DNA from: Mobula hypostoma
Taxonomy: Eukaryota
Direction: 5' to 3'
Assembly (NCBI RefSeq): GCF_963921235.1
Contig: NC_086114.1
Coordinates: 22,196,001 to 22,260,000, forward strand
DNA length: 64,000 nucleotides
In this document: positions 27,260 to 40,369 of the stretch, in pieces
How the letters are laid out: each line of letters starts with the position of its first letter
How positions within the stretch are numbered: position 1 is the stretch's first letter
The notes under the pieces: generated by a model
Told to the model about the DNA's origin: nothing
The model's input: the letters and a program-made list of their open reading frames with translations, nothing else
The model's database searches: none
Made by a program: the position numbers and the translations under genes

Positions 27260-28345
27260 AATCATCAAAGTAAATTTATTATCAAAGTGCATATATGCCA
27301 CCATATACAACCTTGACATTCACTTACTTGTGGGCATTCACAGTAATATAGAGTCAATGAAAGTCCACACCCAACAGAATGGATAATAAATTTTACTTTT
27401 GAACTTTAAACAACCAATTTGCGAAAGACACTAAAAAACACACACAAAAAAGAAATAATAATAAATCAACAATAAATATTGAGAACCTGAGATGAAGGAG
27501 CCTTGAAAGTGAGTCCATAGGTTGTGGGAACATTTCAATAATGGGGCAAGTCAAGTTGAGTGAAGTTATCCCCTCTGGTTCAAAAGCCTGATGGTTGAGG
27601 GGTAATAACTTGTTCCTGAACCTGGAGGTGTAGGTCCAAAGGCTCCTGTACCTTCTTCCTGATGGCAGCAGTGAGAAGAGAGCAGGGCCTAGATGATGGA
27701 GGTCCCTGATGATGGATGCTGCTTTCCTGTGACAGCACTCCATGTGGATATGCTCAGTGGTGGGGAAGGCTTTACCCATGATGGACTGGGCCATATCCAC
27801 TACATTTTGTAGGATTTTCCATTCACGGGCATTGGTGTTTCCATACCAGACTGTGATGCACCCAGCCAATATGTTCTCCACCACGCATCTATATAAGTTT
27901 GTCAAAGTTTTAGATGACAGGTCGAACCTTTGCAAACTCCTAAGAAAGTAGAAGTGCTGTAGGATTTCTGCGTAATGGCAGTCATGTGTTGGACCCAAGC
28001 CAAGTTCTCTGAAATGAAAACATCAAGGAATTAAAGTTGCTGATCCCCTCCACCTCTGATTCCCCCCAGTGAGGCCTGGCTCATGGACCTCCAGTTTCTT
28101 CCTTCTGAAGTCAACAACCAGCTCCTGGGTCTTGCTGACATTGAGTGAGAGGTTGTCATTCCGGCACCACTCAGCCAGATTTTCAATCTGCCTCCTAAAT
28201 GCTGATTCATCACTACACTTGATTCTGCCAGTAACAGTGGTGTCATCAGTGAACTTTAATAAGGCGTTCAAGCTGTGCTTACTCTCTCAATCCTAGGTAT
28301 AAAATGGGTAGAGGAAGGGGTTTGTGGTGCATCTGTGCTGATTGG
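27260..28345 (-). mobile_element. Rex/Babar-type LINE fragment
   Basis: LKFTDDTTVTGRI; LYRCVVENILAGCITVWYGN; LLPSGRRYRSL. Confidence 0.85.
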
Positions 28346-28619
28346 AACTATTTATTTAATTTTTATACTGTATATTTATTATTATTATTATTTGTATTGT
28401 ACTGCTGCACAAAACAACAAATTTCACGACATATGTTAGTGATAATAAACCTGATTCTGGTTCTACTTTTAGTATACAATTCACTCAGCAATAAGCAATG
28501 ATTTCCTTTGGTTTTTCTAATTACTTGCTAGCCTTTTACAAATAATTCATTAGGGCACCCAATCCCTCAGTATCGCAAAGCTCTTTAACTTCCCGCCATT
28601 TTGTTAATATTCTCCTTTT

Positions 28620-29010
28620 GCCTGTAACACCATTCGCTGCTTCAGGCAGCAATGAAGGTCCTTCATCTCCGGTGGTGTATGCGGCTTCCTTCAGCCTGTC
28701 AGTAGCTTCCTCTTGGTTTAGTGTCAGTCATGCAAGTCCCATGTGGAAACTCAGGAATACCATAGCCCACAGATGTGGAAGGATTCTTCATAGCTGTTTT
28801 TGTTACAGTGTTGTTTTACCAGTCAGGATTGTTAGCCGTGGAGCTGAATTCCTGAACCTGGAAGACCTATGGACCACTCTTAGTCTGGCCTCTACCCTTT
28901 GACCTGTTTGGCATGGGAGCCAAGAGCCTTGATTCCAGCCAACATAGCTCTCTGGGTCATGGAGGAGGCAAGCCTCCAAACAACAAGGCTGTGGTCCTCT
29001 TGGAGGAGTT
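28620..29010 (-). mobile_element. RTE-derived bipartite non-autonomous element
   Basis: Similar to 55975-56395 in reverse (gacctgtttggcatgg, aaacaacaagg). Confidence 0.5.
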
Positions 29011-29884
29011 AGTTAATACGCTTCTTATTATTGTTTTGCTAAAATGCTACTGGATCATCTATCTATGGAAATGATATATGTAGTAGCTTCACAGTAGAAC
29101 TATCGTCTCTGAGGTAAGAGTTCAAAGCTTCAGGTTTTGCCTCTGAAGGCTTAAGTGCACACCCTACATTGATGTCTGGTGCATTGTGCTGAAGGTCTCT
29201 CTTTAGCTGAGATGTCAAACAAGGAATCTAATGGTCCTTGTGGGTGAACATAAAAGTCCCACTGCACCTTTGGACGAAGCGTCAAAGCTTTCTTTGGTAT
29301 ACCATAACTTATTTTCACCAACATCATCTAAACAATCTATTCATTTGCCAAACTATTGCTTGTGGGAACTTGCTATGTTGAATTTTACCGCCAGGCTTGC
29401 CAATAGAATAGAATGCAACCAGCTTGTTGGTGATCATGAAAATCTGAGTCATTATTCATCCTTGTCTGACACAAACGTCGGGCTGAATCTTGTTCCAGGG
29501 AACTTCCTGATGACATTTTGGAGTCAGACTTCTCTCAACTCTTTGTTGACTTATTCAATAAAAATAAGGGTTTTTAAAAAATTCTATTGCACACAAAATG
29601 TGACAGAGAAACAATATTCATTTTAATCCTGCAACCCCCACCCTCCCCTCCTTCACTGCAAACTTCTGAACGTCCAGGTATGATTCACCCTACTATGTTG
29701 TTATTTGGAGCAACGCAAATACCAAGTGACGCACTAGTGCCAGTTGACTTTTTTTTGCAACATTTGCTGAGGGAGGGTGTTTCAGTAGACCTGCTGCCTT
29801 ACTACACCAGAGAATTGGGTTCAATCCTGGCTTTTGGTACTCTCTGTGTTTGCACATTCTCTCAGTAACTACAAAAGAACATAC

Positions 29885-30980
29885 CACAAGACCATCAGAT
29901 ATTAGGCCATTTGGCTCATCGAATCTGCTCCACCATTCGATCATGGCTGATCCTTTTTTCCCCTCCTCAACCCCAGTCCCCGGCCATCTCCCCGTAATCT
30001 CTGACGCCATGTCTAATCAAGAATCAGTCAATCTCAGCCTTAAATACACCCAACAACCTGGCCTCCACACCTGCCTGTGGTAAAAAATTCCACAAATTCA
30101 CTATCCTATGACTAAATAAATTTCTCCAAATCTCTGTTTTAAATGGACATCCCTTTATCCTGAGTCTGTGCCCTCTTGTCCTAGACTCTCCCACCATGGG
30201 AAACATTCTTTCCACAACTACTCTGTCTAGGCCTTTCAATATTTAAAAGGTTTCAATGAGATTGCCCCTCATCCTTCTAAATTCCAGTGAGTACAGGCGC
30301 AGAGCCATCGAACGTTCCTTGCATAGTAACGCTTTCATTCCCAAAATCATCCTTGTGAACCCGCCTCTGGACCCTCTCCAATGCCAGCACATCTTTTCTT
30401 AGATGAGAAGCCCAAAACTGTTCACAATACTCAAGGTGAGGCCTCATCAGTGCCTTACAAAGCCTCAACATCACATCTCTGCTCTCATATTCTAGACCTC
30501 TTGAAATGAATGCTAACATTGCATTTTCCTTCCTCACCACTGACTCTACCTTCAAGTTAACCTGCACAAGGACTCCCAGTCCCTTTGCATCAGATTTTTG
30601 GATTTTCTCCCCCATTAGAAAATAGTCTGCACATTTATTTCTACTACCAAAGTGCATGACTATGCATTTTCCAACACTGTATTTCATTTGCCACTTTCTT
30701 TCCCATTCTTCTAATCTGTCTAAATCCTTCTGCAGCCTACCTGCTTCCTCAACTCTACCTGCCCCTCCACCAATTTTCATATCACCTGCAAACTTGGCAA
30801 CAAAGCCATCAATTCCATCATCTAAATCATTGATATACAGCAGGAAAAAAGTGGTCCCAACACCGACCCCTGCGAAACACCACTAGTCACTGGCAGCCAA
30901 CCAGAAAAAGATCCTTCTATTCCCATTCGCTGCCTCCTACCAATCAGCCAATGCTCTAATCATGTTAGTAACTTGGTTAT
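29885..30980 (-). mobile_element. CR1 RT/3' fragment
   Basis: LQKDLDRLEEW...RPHLEYCEQFW...FSHRIVNLWN; tail (tggtc)n. Confidence 0.9.
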
Positions 30981-31179
30981 TAACATCCACACAAGATCAG
31001 GCAGCATTTAAGGAGAGGAATACAGCGTTGATGTTTCAGGCTGAGACCCTTCATCAGGACTAATTCCATTTTTGTTCTGCCACAAGTTTGCAGGGTCAAG
31101 TCTAACTGCAGGGAAATGAGCCTCCCATTACTGTAGTGCAGTTAAATTGTAAGATGTTGACTAGTGGCCCTGCCTGCCT

Positions 31180-32040
31180 TCTTGCTATTGGTATTGGCTT
31201 ACTACTGTCAGATGTACCAAGGAACAACGAAAAGCTTGTCTTGTGTGCTGTTTCTACAGACCAAATCATTTCACAGTGCATTGAGCTCCTTAGTTAATGG
31301 TAGGGCCCATGGCATAAAAAAAGCTGGGAATCCCTGAGCTAGAACAAGGCAAGACAATAATAATACAAAATAAAGTATAAAAGCTATTGAAAAACCATAG
31401 TACAGCTAAACGATAAATTACAAGATCAAAACAAGGTAAATTGCGAGGCCAAGGGTCCATCTTATCATACAGAATGTCTATTTAAGAGTCTGATAACAAT
31501 GGGAAGGAACTTGTCCCTGAGACTGGTGGCACATGTTTTCAGGCTTCTGTATCTTCTGTCCAATGGAAGCGGGGAGAAGAAAGAATGTCCAGCTGGGTGG
31601 AATCTTTGATTATTCTGGCTGCCATACTGAGGGACTGAGAAGTGTAGACAGAGTCCACAGAGGGGAGGCTGGTTCCTGTGATGTGCTGAGCTGTGTCCAC
31701 AACTCTCCGCAGTTTCTTGCATTCGTGTGCAGAGCAGTTGCCATACAAAGCTGTTATTCTTCCAGACAGCATGCTTCTATGATGCGTTGACAAAAATTAG
31801 TAAGAATTGACGGGGACATGCCAAATTTCTTTAGCCTCCTGAGGAAGTAGAGGCATTGGAGGGCTTTTTTGGTCATGACATCAATGTTGTTGGATGACAC
31901 TGGTGACGATGAACTTGAAGTTGTTAAGCCTCTCAACTTCAACACTGCCAATATCGACAGGACCATTTGCACCTGAAGTCAGTGACCAGTTCTTTTTTTT
32001 TGTTGACATGGACTGAAAGGTTATTGTCATGACACTATGA
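31180..32040 (-). mobile_element. Rex/Babar-type LINE fragment
   Basis: LYFLRRLKKFGMSPSILTNF; KKLRRVVDTAQHITG. Confidence 0.8.
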
Positions 32041-32847
32041 CAGCTGTAAAAAATTCCATGGGGCCTGGCAGATATTTATTCTCCAGGCAACATTATTGTA
32101 CTCCTCATCGTTTTGCTGATGATAACTGTGCATGAGTTAGCTACTGTACTGTTTCCTTTCTCAGAACAATGGCTAAACTTTGAACTTGCTTAATATACTG
32201 ACAAGCACCTTGAGAAGTTCTAAGGTTGTGAAAGGTGCTACATAAAAGCCAGTTTTTTATTGTTCGAGTTACCATTTCTGTTCCATTTTATCATTTAGAG
32301 GCATAGAGTCAAAAAGCAGGAAGCCATACATTTCAGACTTACATTTCACAACCATCTTCAAACTCTTTTACAAAAGGTTACTTTGAAGTGCTTTTATCTG
32401 GGCAAGGAGCCAAGCAAGTTAGAATGGACTGATCTTTGACGTCACTGTTCCGAAGTGCGTTAGGATAGTTATCATGTGGTTGATGCAAGCAAACTATTGC
32501 GCTTAGCGAATCAGAAACTGCTCAGAACTCATACCACAGATAGGAAGTTCTGTTCGTTAAACACTGAAGGAAGCATAATCATTTATCTTTTACATGGTCT
32601 TTTTTTTTAAAAAAGCAAGTTTGCAAAAGGTAACATACTCCGAGTACAGTGAAACTCCAATCAAGTACCCTTAGAACTTTGGCCAGCATATTTTCCAGAG
32701 AATTGGGTGTTACTCTAATCAATAACCAAACACACTTTTATTTCACACTTCACAGTAATGTGATCAATTTTCCAGTGAACCAGTTGTGTTTACAGGGAGC
32801 GGAAACCATGCAAACTTTCCGGACTTTGGCTCTGGTTGTAAGCCTAT

Positions 32848-33908
32848 TGTCATAGGGGGGTGGCTGGGAATAGACCCAAGTGCAAGACACAGACACTGAA
32901 GTACTAGGGACAGGACTAGGATAGAGGGCGAGGGCTAGGACATGGACACGAAAACCGGGAACCCGGAACAGAACTGGACAAGAGAGCTAGGAGCCCGGGC
33001 TTGGACTCCGAGCCAGAGACAGGGCAAGGACCCAGAACCTGGGTCTTGCCTCTGGCTTGGACCCCAGAACTAGGTAAGGACGTGACTTGGCTGGCAGGCA
33101 GGACGAGGCTGGAGTCTTCAGACTTGAGGCGAGGTTGGAGACCAGAGACTTGAGGCAAGGCTGGAGACCAGAGGCTTGAGGCGAGGCTGGAGACCAGAGG
33201 CTTGAGGCGAGGCTGGAGACCAGAGGCTTGAGGCGAGGCTTGAGACTTGAGGTCTTGAATCTTGGCTAGGGGCGAGGCTTGAGGCTTGGGGTCTTGAAGC
33301 TCCTCCTGGGCAGGGTGCGGTACTCCTGGGCAGGGTGCGGTACTCCACCCGACAGAGGCAAGGGACAGGAAGGGACAGAACCCACCGCAGGGTAATGGCA
33401 ATACAGCCTGGCTTACCCAACAGAGGCAAAGGACAGGAAGGGACAGAACCAACCGTAGGGTAATGGCAAGTCTGCCTGGCTTACCCGACGGAGGCAAGGG
33501 ACAGGAAGGGACAGAACCAACTGTAGGTAACGGCAAGACGGCCTGACTTACCCGGCGGAGGCAAGGGACAGGAAGGGAGCTAGGTACAGAGTGGCTCCAG
33601 GACAAGACTTCAGGCGAGACGAGGCGAGAGTTACCAGCAAGACAAGGCAAGGCTTCAGGCAATGCAAGGCGAGACAAGAACTTCAGGCAAGGAAACAGAA
33701 GGCAGGGGAAGGGATACAAAGAGTAATGACAAGAGCAATCCAGTCACCATGCCCTGGTCTCTGGAGGTATTTATGCAGCCAGCCCCAATGAGAATCAGCT
33801 GCCTCAATTAGTGCTCAACAGGAACAGGGTAGACAGGAAAACCTGGAGCAAGGGTCGATGGGCCGGACGGTGAACCGGAATGCAGACTTCATGGACCGGA
33901 CCATGACA
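32848..33908 (-). mobile_element. Solo LTR (Gypsy-type) with internal tandem repeats
   Basis: Termini TGTCAT...ATGACA; 5-bp flanks CCTAT (32843-32847) and CCTGT (33909-33913); minus-strand TATA-like CATAAATA at 33768-33775; 26-bp, 20-bp and ~68-bp tandem arrays inside. Confidence 0.8.
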
Positions 33909-36534
33909 CCTGTCCCCATTCCTGCCCCTGGTTTTCCGGACACCAACTCCAGTTCCAGATTGTACACCTGACACTTTGTCTCTGGCTGCACTCCGCACCA
34001 GCAACTCACAGTCCAAACTAATGAATGAACCAGATTATCCAACATCAGAATCTACAAACGACCAGATAACAGATCATCAGGGTTTTATTGTATCTTAGCC
34101 ATTTGATTGCAATGCAATGAGAAACCTAATTTAATTACCAAATAATTGCTCTATAACAGCAAGGTCTTCTTTATTTATGGCATCTTTCTCATTTTAAAAC
34201 ACCTCAAGATATTGGATTAATTAAATGTAAGTTCAGGTGTGCAAAGCACTACAAATAAATGTACATGTACTTATTTACTATGGGATTGTGTTAAGATGCT
34301 CCTGCACTAGACAAATAGAACTCTAATCTTCTTTCAGTTGCTTCAATGGGTGTAATTTTACTGTGCAATGCATTGCAGAAGGACTGATGTACTGCTGCCT
34401 GCTTAGTATCAGCTAATGAACACTGATTTACCTCATTCATTCAGTCTTGGTTGTGGGAAGATTTTAGAAACTTTAAAGACACTTGGAGATGTTGAAGTTA
34501 CTAAATGAGAGACAGCCCAGATTTGTTTCACGTTTTGATTATTGAGATACAGTGCGGAACAAGTTCTTCTGACCCTTCAAACTGTGCCACTCAGCAACCC
34601 CAATTTAATCCTCGCCCAGTCACGGGACAGCTTACAATGACCAATTAACCTACCAGCTGGTACTTCTTTGGAATGGGGGAGGAAACCAGAGTACCTGGAG
34701 GAAACCCACACAGTCACTGGGAGGACATACAAATTCCTTAGCGACAGAAGTGAACATTTTGAATCTTGTTCAAGATTGTTTACTGTCATTCTTCAATACA
34801 TGAGTGCAAAGGAGAACAAAGTGATTGTTATTCCAGATCCGATGCAGCATAAAAAACACAATAAGCATAAAGAGCACAATAAATAAAAACATAAAGCTAT
34901 CCTACAAAGCACAATCTACAAGTATCTGTCAAGTGTGGCTATATGTACATAAGACTAGTTTATACGTATACATAGACACTGTATGTACATAAAGTGACAC
35001 TAGGTGCAGGAGTGTCTGAACATAAGATAACTCTGACTACTAAGTTAAAGTAACACTTCTACTAAGGTAACAAATTTCACGTCACATGCTGGTCACAAAC
35101 CTGACTCTGATTCTGATTCTGACAGGAAATTATAATGTGGCTGATATAGATGTAGTGGTTGTGGTGGGGGGGTGGTTTAAGGGTAAGATCAGGCATGACT
35201 AAAAGGATTTACCTATTTTTAATTCATTACAGTATGAGAAATTGTTGTCTATAAGGATTTTCAGAAGGCATTTCATTGAAAGCCCCCTGATAGAAGGCTA
35301 GTTGAAAAAACAGAGAGCAGGTTCAGTGTTAAAGGGGAATAAATATGAGCTGGACACTAGGAGGATGCTATTGGCTGAGGGGACTTCACATACACCACCA
35401 CTCAACATCCGTGCACATTTTTAATCTGTGAATGAACTTAATTGATTAAATGAATTAAGAAACATGGGGAAAAGGTGAGTACATGGGGCTAGGTTGCAGA
35501 CTTGCTATTGAATGGACACAAGCCAGAGGAGCTTAATAGCCAAACATTTATTTATTTATTTATTTGGCAATCGGTGTGGTAACAGTTGCTTCCTGCCTAA
35601 TGAGACCATGCTGCCCAATTACACCCATGTGACGTTCGAGCCCGTACATCTTTGGAATATCGAAGGAAACAGGAGCACCCGGAAAAAAAAACCCACACCG
35701 TCACGAGGAGAAGAACAAACTCTTTACAAAGAGTGGCAGAATTGAATCTGGATTGCTGGCACTGTACTAGCTTAATGCTAATTATCACTGCACTCCAATT
35801 AAGGTCTATATAAGAAGCATAAGAAAGAGGAGCAGGAGGAGACAATTTGGCCCTTCATCAGGATCTTAAATGATTTCATACCACTAAGCCATTTTCCTGC
35901 ACTGTCCCAATATCCCTTGATTTCCATAATATTCAAAAATATTTGAACCCTGATTTGAATCAATGAACTACTGATTAATTCTTCATAGCCCCCACCAGAG
36001 AGAATCCCAAAATTTCACCATTTCTGTGTTAAGAAATGATAATTATTAATGAAATCATTATTTACCAACTGAATTATTTTTCATATAGACGAGTGCATGT
36101 GGGTTCAGGGCAGATCCTCAGTTATGACAGAGTTTTGTTATTGAGAACTGTTCATAACCCAAACTGCTTATAAGCTGGACATGACTATAAACAAAAACAG
36201 TGAGTGGGAGAGAATCTCTGAAGCAATAAATATGTGCAAGTGAATAAACACAGTGAAAAGCCCTTTACATTCTTAGTGTCTTATGTTCAATACATTCAGT
36301 TGTGTTGTTAGCACATTTTATTTAAGTCGCACCATTGCCACTCACGTGGACACCCACAGTGAAATTGTTTGACAGCCTTCCCACCGGACTCAGTGTCAAG
36401 TTGGGTAAGGACCCTAGATGGTGGTCCTTCCCTGCAGAACATTTGCAACGGCTGCACCAAGGATCAGTGTGTCACTTCTCACGTACTCTTGCAGAACTGA
36501 ATGTGCCAGTTTGAACACTCGCTCACCGACATAT

Positions 36535-37640
36535 CAAAGTTCAAAGTAAATGTATTATCAAAGTACATATACGTCACCATATATAACCCTGAGATTTACT
36601 TTCTTGTGGGCATACTCAGTAAATCCATAATAGAATAATAACCATAATTGAATCAATGAAAGATGCACCAACTGGACGTTCAGCCAGTGTGCAAACGACA
36701 ACAGACTGTGCAAATACAAAAAGAAGGAAATAATAATAATAATAATAATTAAGTCATAAATATCAAGAACATGAGATGAAGAGTTATTGAAAGTGATTCC
36801 GTAGGTTGTGCAAACATGTCAGTGATGGGGCAAGTGAATTTATCCCTTTGAGGGTTGAACTCTCTTCCTGAACTTGGTGTTGAGGGCCATCAGGCTTCTG
36901 TACCTTCTTCCCGGTGGGAACAGCAAGAAGAGAGCATGACCTGAGTTGTTGGGGTTCCTGATGATGGATGCTGCTTTCCATGTAAATGTGTTCAGTGGTG
37001 GGGATGGGGTGCTTTCCTGTGATGGACTGGGCCATATCTACTATTTATTGTAGGATTTTTTTTTCAAAGGTATTGGTGTTTCCACACCAAGCTGTGATAT
37101 AACCAGCCAATATACTCTCCACCACACATATGTAGAAATTTTTCAAAGTTTTAGATGTCATACCAAATCTTTGCAAACTCCTGAGGAAATAGAAGTGCTC
37201 TGTGCTTTCTTCATAAACGCACTTAGGTGCTGGGCCCAAGACAGGTCTTCTAAGATGGTAACACCCAGGAATTTAAAATTGCTGACCCATTCCACCTCTG
37301 ATCCTCCAAAGAGGACTGGCTCATGGACATCTGGTTTCCTCCTCCTAAAGTCAATAATCATCTCTTTGGTCTTGCTGACATTGAGTGAGAGTTTGTTGTT
37401 GTGGCACCTCTCAGCCAGATTTTCAATCTCCCTCTTACATGCTGAGCCATCACCACCTTTGATTCGGCCTATGGGACAATGATGTTGTCAGCAACTTGAG
37501 TTAGGCATTGGAGCTGTGCTTAGCCACACTGTCATAAGTGTGAGGTGAGTTGGGCAGGGGCCTAAGCTCACAGCCTTGTGCTGATGGAGAAATTGGAGGA
37601 GATGCTGTTGCCAGTCCAAACTGACTTGGGTCTCACCCTG
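36535..37640 (-). mobile_element. Rex/Babar-type LINE fragment (a second, + strand fragment at ~37795-38220)
   Basis: IIDFRRRKP...FKFLGVTILEDLSW; FYICVVESILAGYITAW. Confidence 0.85.
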
Positions 37641-38760
37641 CAGGAACACTGTGCTTTGTTCTGCCCAAAACTTGTTTATCTCCCAACACATCGAGTCTGC
37701 TGAAAGAGGGACATTGAGATGTGACAGAACAGAGAGAGGAACTACTAGCCTGCGTCGATGACACAGTGGATGGGTGAGTGAGTGAGGGGTACGGCAGACA
37801 GTATTCTGACTGGTATGGAGCCTCCACTGCACAGGAACACAAGAGTCTACAAAGCCTTGTAAACTCAGCCAGTTCCACCAAAAACTCAACCTTTCCCAAA
37901 TCGAGGACATTTTCAAGAGGTCAAGAAGGTGACATCCATCATTAAACATCTCATCATCCAGGACATACTCTCTTTGCATTACTACCATCAAGAGGAGATT
38001 CAGGAGCCTGAAGACCAGCACTCAACATTTTAGGAACAGCTTTTCCCCTCCGATGTCAGATTGCCGAACAGTCCACGAACACATGAGCAGTACGTCGTTA
38101 CTTGTCTTTTGCACTACTTTTCTTTTGCATCTCAGTAATTATTCTGTCTTGCACAGAACTGCTGCCACAAAACAACAAATTTCACGATGTTTGTCAGTGA
38201 TAACGAACATGATTCTGACTCACTGGTCCCAGCACTGCACAGCACGATCCAATCCTGATTGTTGAAGCTCAGGATAGGGGGAAGGGAGGGAAGGTTGACA
38301 GAAATTTCTGACTCCCACCCAGCAGAAGATGCCCACAGCCCCGCAATATCTGACATATCCATCCTGCCCACCAACCAAATGCTCAAATGTATGTACAGTA
38401 CGAACTGATCATTATCCATGCGCTCATAATATGGGCAGGAAACGCATCAGCCTTAAACAGAATTCCATCTCTGCTTTTACAAAATCCTTTGCTTCAACCA
38501 AGCAGTTGCTACACGCCTTAGCCTTTTGTCTTTTTTAACTCCTGCTACGCACCAGCTGCCAAGCATCACACTGTAAGTTGGGATGTCCTTCATTACAAAC
38601 TGAGGCTGCCTGAGATGTGTTTTTCAAAGAAATGAAATTCGAGAACCTGCAAGGCATCACAAGCATTTGAAAAGGGAAAGGTCACACTGCTGTTGAAAGC
38701 TAGTCATTTAATTTTTTAGCCGAATCTGTTAAATTTAGGGAGTCTGCTGAAGAGAGTTCA

Positions 38761-39287
38761 CACTCAGTGGGCATTTTGTTAATTACACCTAATGCAAATA
38801 TCTAATCAGCCAATCATAAAGTGTGCAGACACGGTCAAGAGGTTCAGTTGCTCAGATCAAACATCAGAACGGGGAAGAAATGTGATCTAAGTGACTGACC
38901 ATGGAATTAATGTTGCTGCAAATGGGGTGGTTTGAGTATCTCAGAAGCTGCTGATCTCCTGGGATTTTCATGCACAAGTTTCTAGAGTTTACAGAGAATG
39001 GTATGCAAAACAAAAATAAAATCCAGTCAGTGGCAGTTCTGTGGGCGAAAACACCTTGTTAATGAGAAAGGTCAGAGAAGAATGGCCAGACTGGTTCAAG
39101 ATGACAGAAAAGCGACTGTGTCTCAAATAACCACAGGTTACAGCAGTGCTGTGCAGAAAAACATCTCTGAACACACAACACATCAAAACTTGAAGTGGAT
39201 GGGCTACAGTAGCAGAAGACCACGAACATACACTCTGTGCCTGCTTTATATTGTACAGGGCTTTCTTCATAAAATGGCAACTGAGTG
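38761..39287 (+). mobile_element. Tc1-derived non-autonomous DNA transposon
   Basis: TIRs cactcagtgggcatttt and aaaatggcaactgagtg|TA; transposase remnant GRKHLVNEKGQRRMARLVQDDRKATVSQIT...ISEHTTHQNLKWMGYSSRRP. Confidence 0.85.
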
Positions 39288-40369
39288 TATAAAACAGTTC
39301 AGTGCCAACTCAGGGTTAGTGACAGTGTGGCTCAGCGGTTAGTCCTCTCACCTCTGATTCTAGCAGGTTTCCAGCTTACGCTGCAAAAATAAGTAAAAGA
39401 GAAAACAATCAAGCTGATTCTCTGGTTTTCTTTTTCATTTAGAAACAGCTAAGCTTTCATTTGACTTATGGCAAGACATCAAACAATCTAAATTTGCAAA
39501 GCTAGCATTATTCCTGATAACATTGAAGATGTTTAATAACCACATATTTAATGACATGGTATTTATACCCCACAATTCCAAGGGATTGAAAATTTCTGTT
39601 CTCTATGGCAACTATGCAGTGTAACGTATTGCAGACCATCCCTGAAACATGCATTCATTATCAACATTCAACAATAAAGAACATAATCTGCACCTTTGGC
39701 AATACCTCCGTCAAAAACCAGTAACTGGTGAGGCCACATGTGGAATACTATGTGTAGATCTGCTCTCCTTACTTGGATGCAGTGCAGAGGAGGTTCACGA
39801 GGTTGATTCCGGAGATGAGGGGGTTAACCTATGAGGAGAAATTTAGTCGCCTGGGATGAGACTCACTGGAATTCAGAAGAATGATTGGGGATCTTATAGA
39901 AACATAATGAAAGGTATAGATGAGATTGCGGCAAGAAAGTTATTTCCGCTGGTCATTTTTTTTGTATTTGCAGTTTGCCTTCTTTTGCGCATTGGTTGTT
40001 TGTCAGTCTTTGTGTGTCGTTTTTTAAAAATTAATAATATTGTGATTTCTTTTTTCTACTTTGACTGTCTGCAAGAAAATGAACCTCAGGGTAGTACATG
40101 GTGACATATATGTACTTTGATAATCAATTTACTTTGAACTTTGAACCTTGGCAGTTGAAACTAGAACTAGGAGACGCAGCCTCTGGATTCAGAGGAGTAG
40201 ATTTAGGATGGTGGCGAGGAGGAACCACTTTTCCCAGAGAGTAGTGAATTCTCTTCCCAGGGAAGCAGTAGAGGCAAAGTTATTAAATATATTTAAGACA
40301 CAGTTAGATAGATTTTCACATAGTATGGGAATTAAGAGTTATGGGAAAAAAGCAGGTAGATGGAGCTGA

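Noticed and set aside
33119-33580. CRISPR-like repeat array
   Set aside because: Units are contiguous with no unique spacers, the context is eukaryotic and there are no cas genes.
32916-33719. 267-aa minus-strand ORF
   Set aside because: Low-complexity product of tandem repeats inside a solo LTR.
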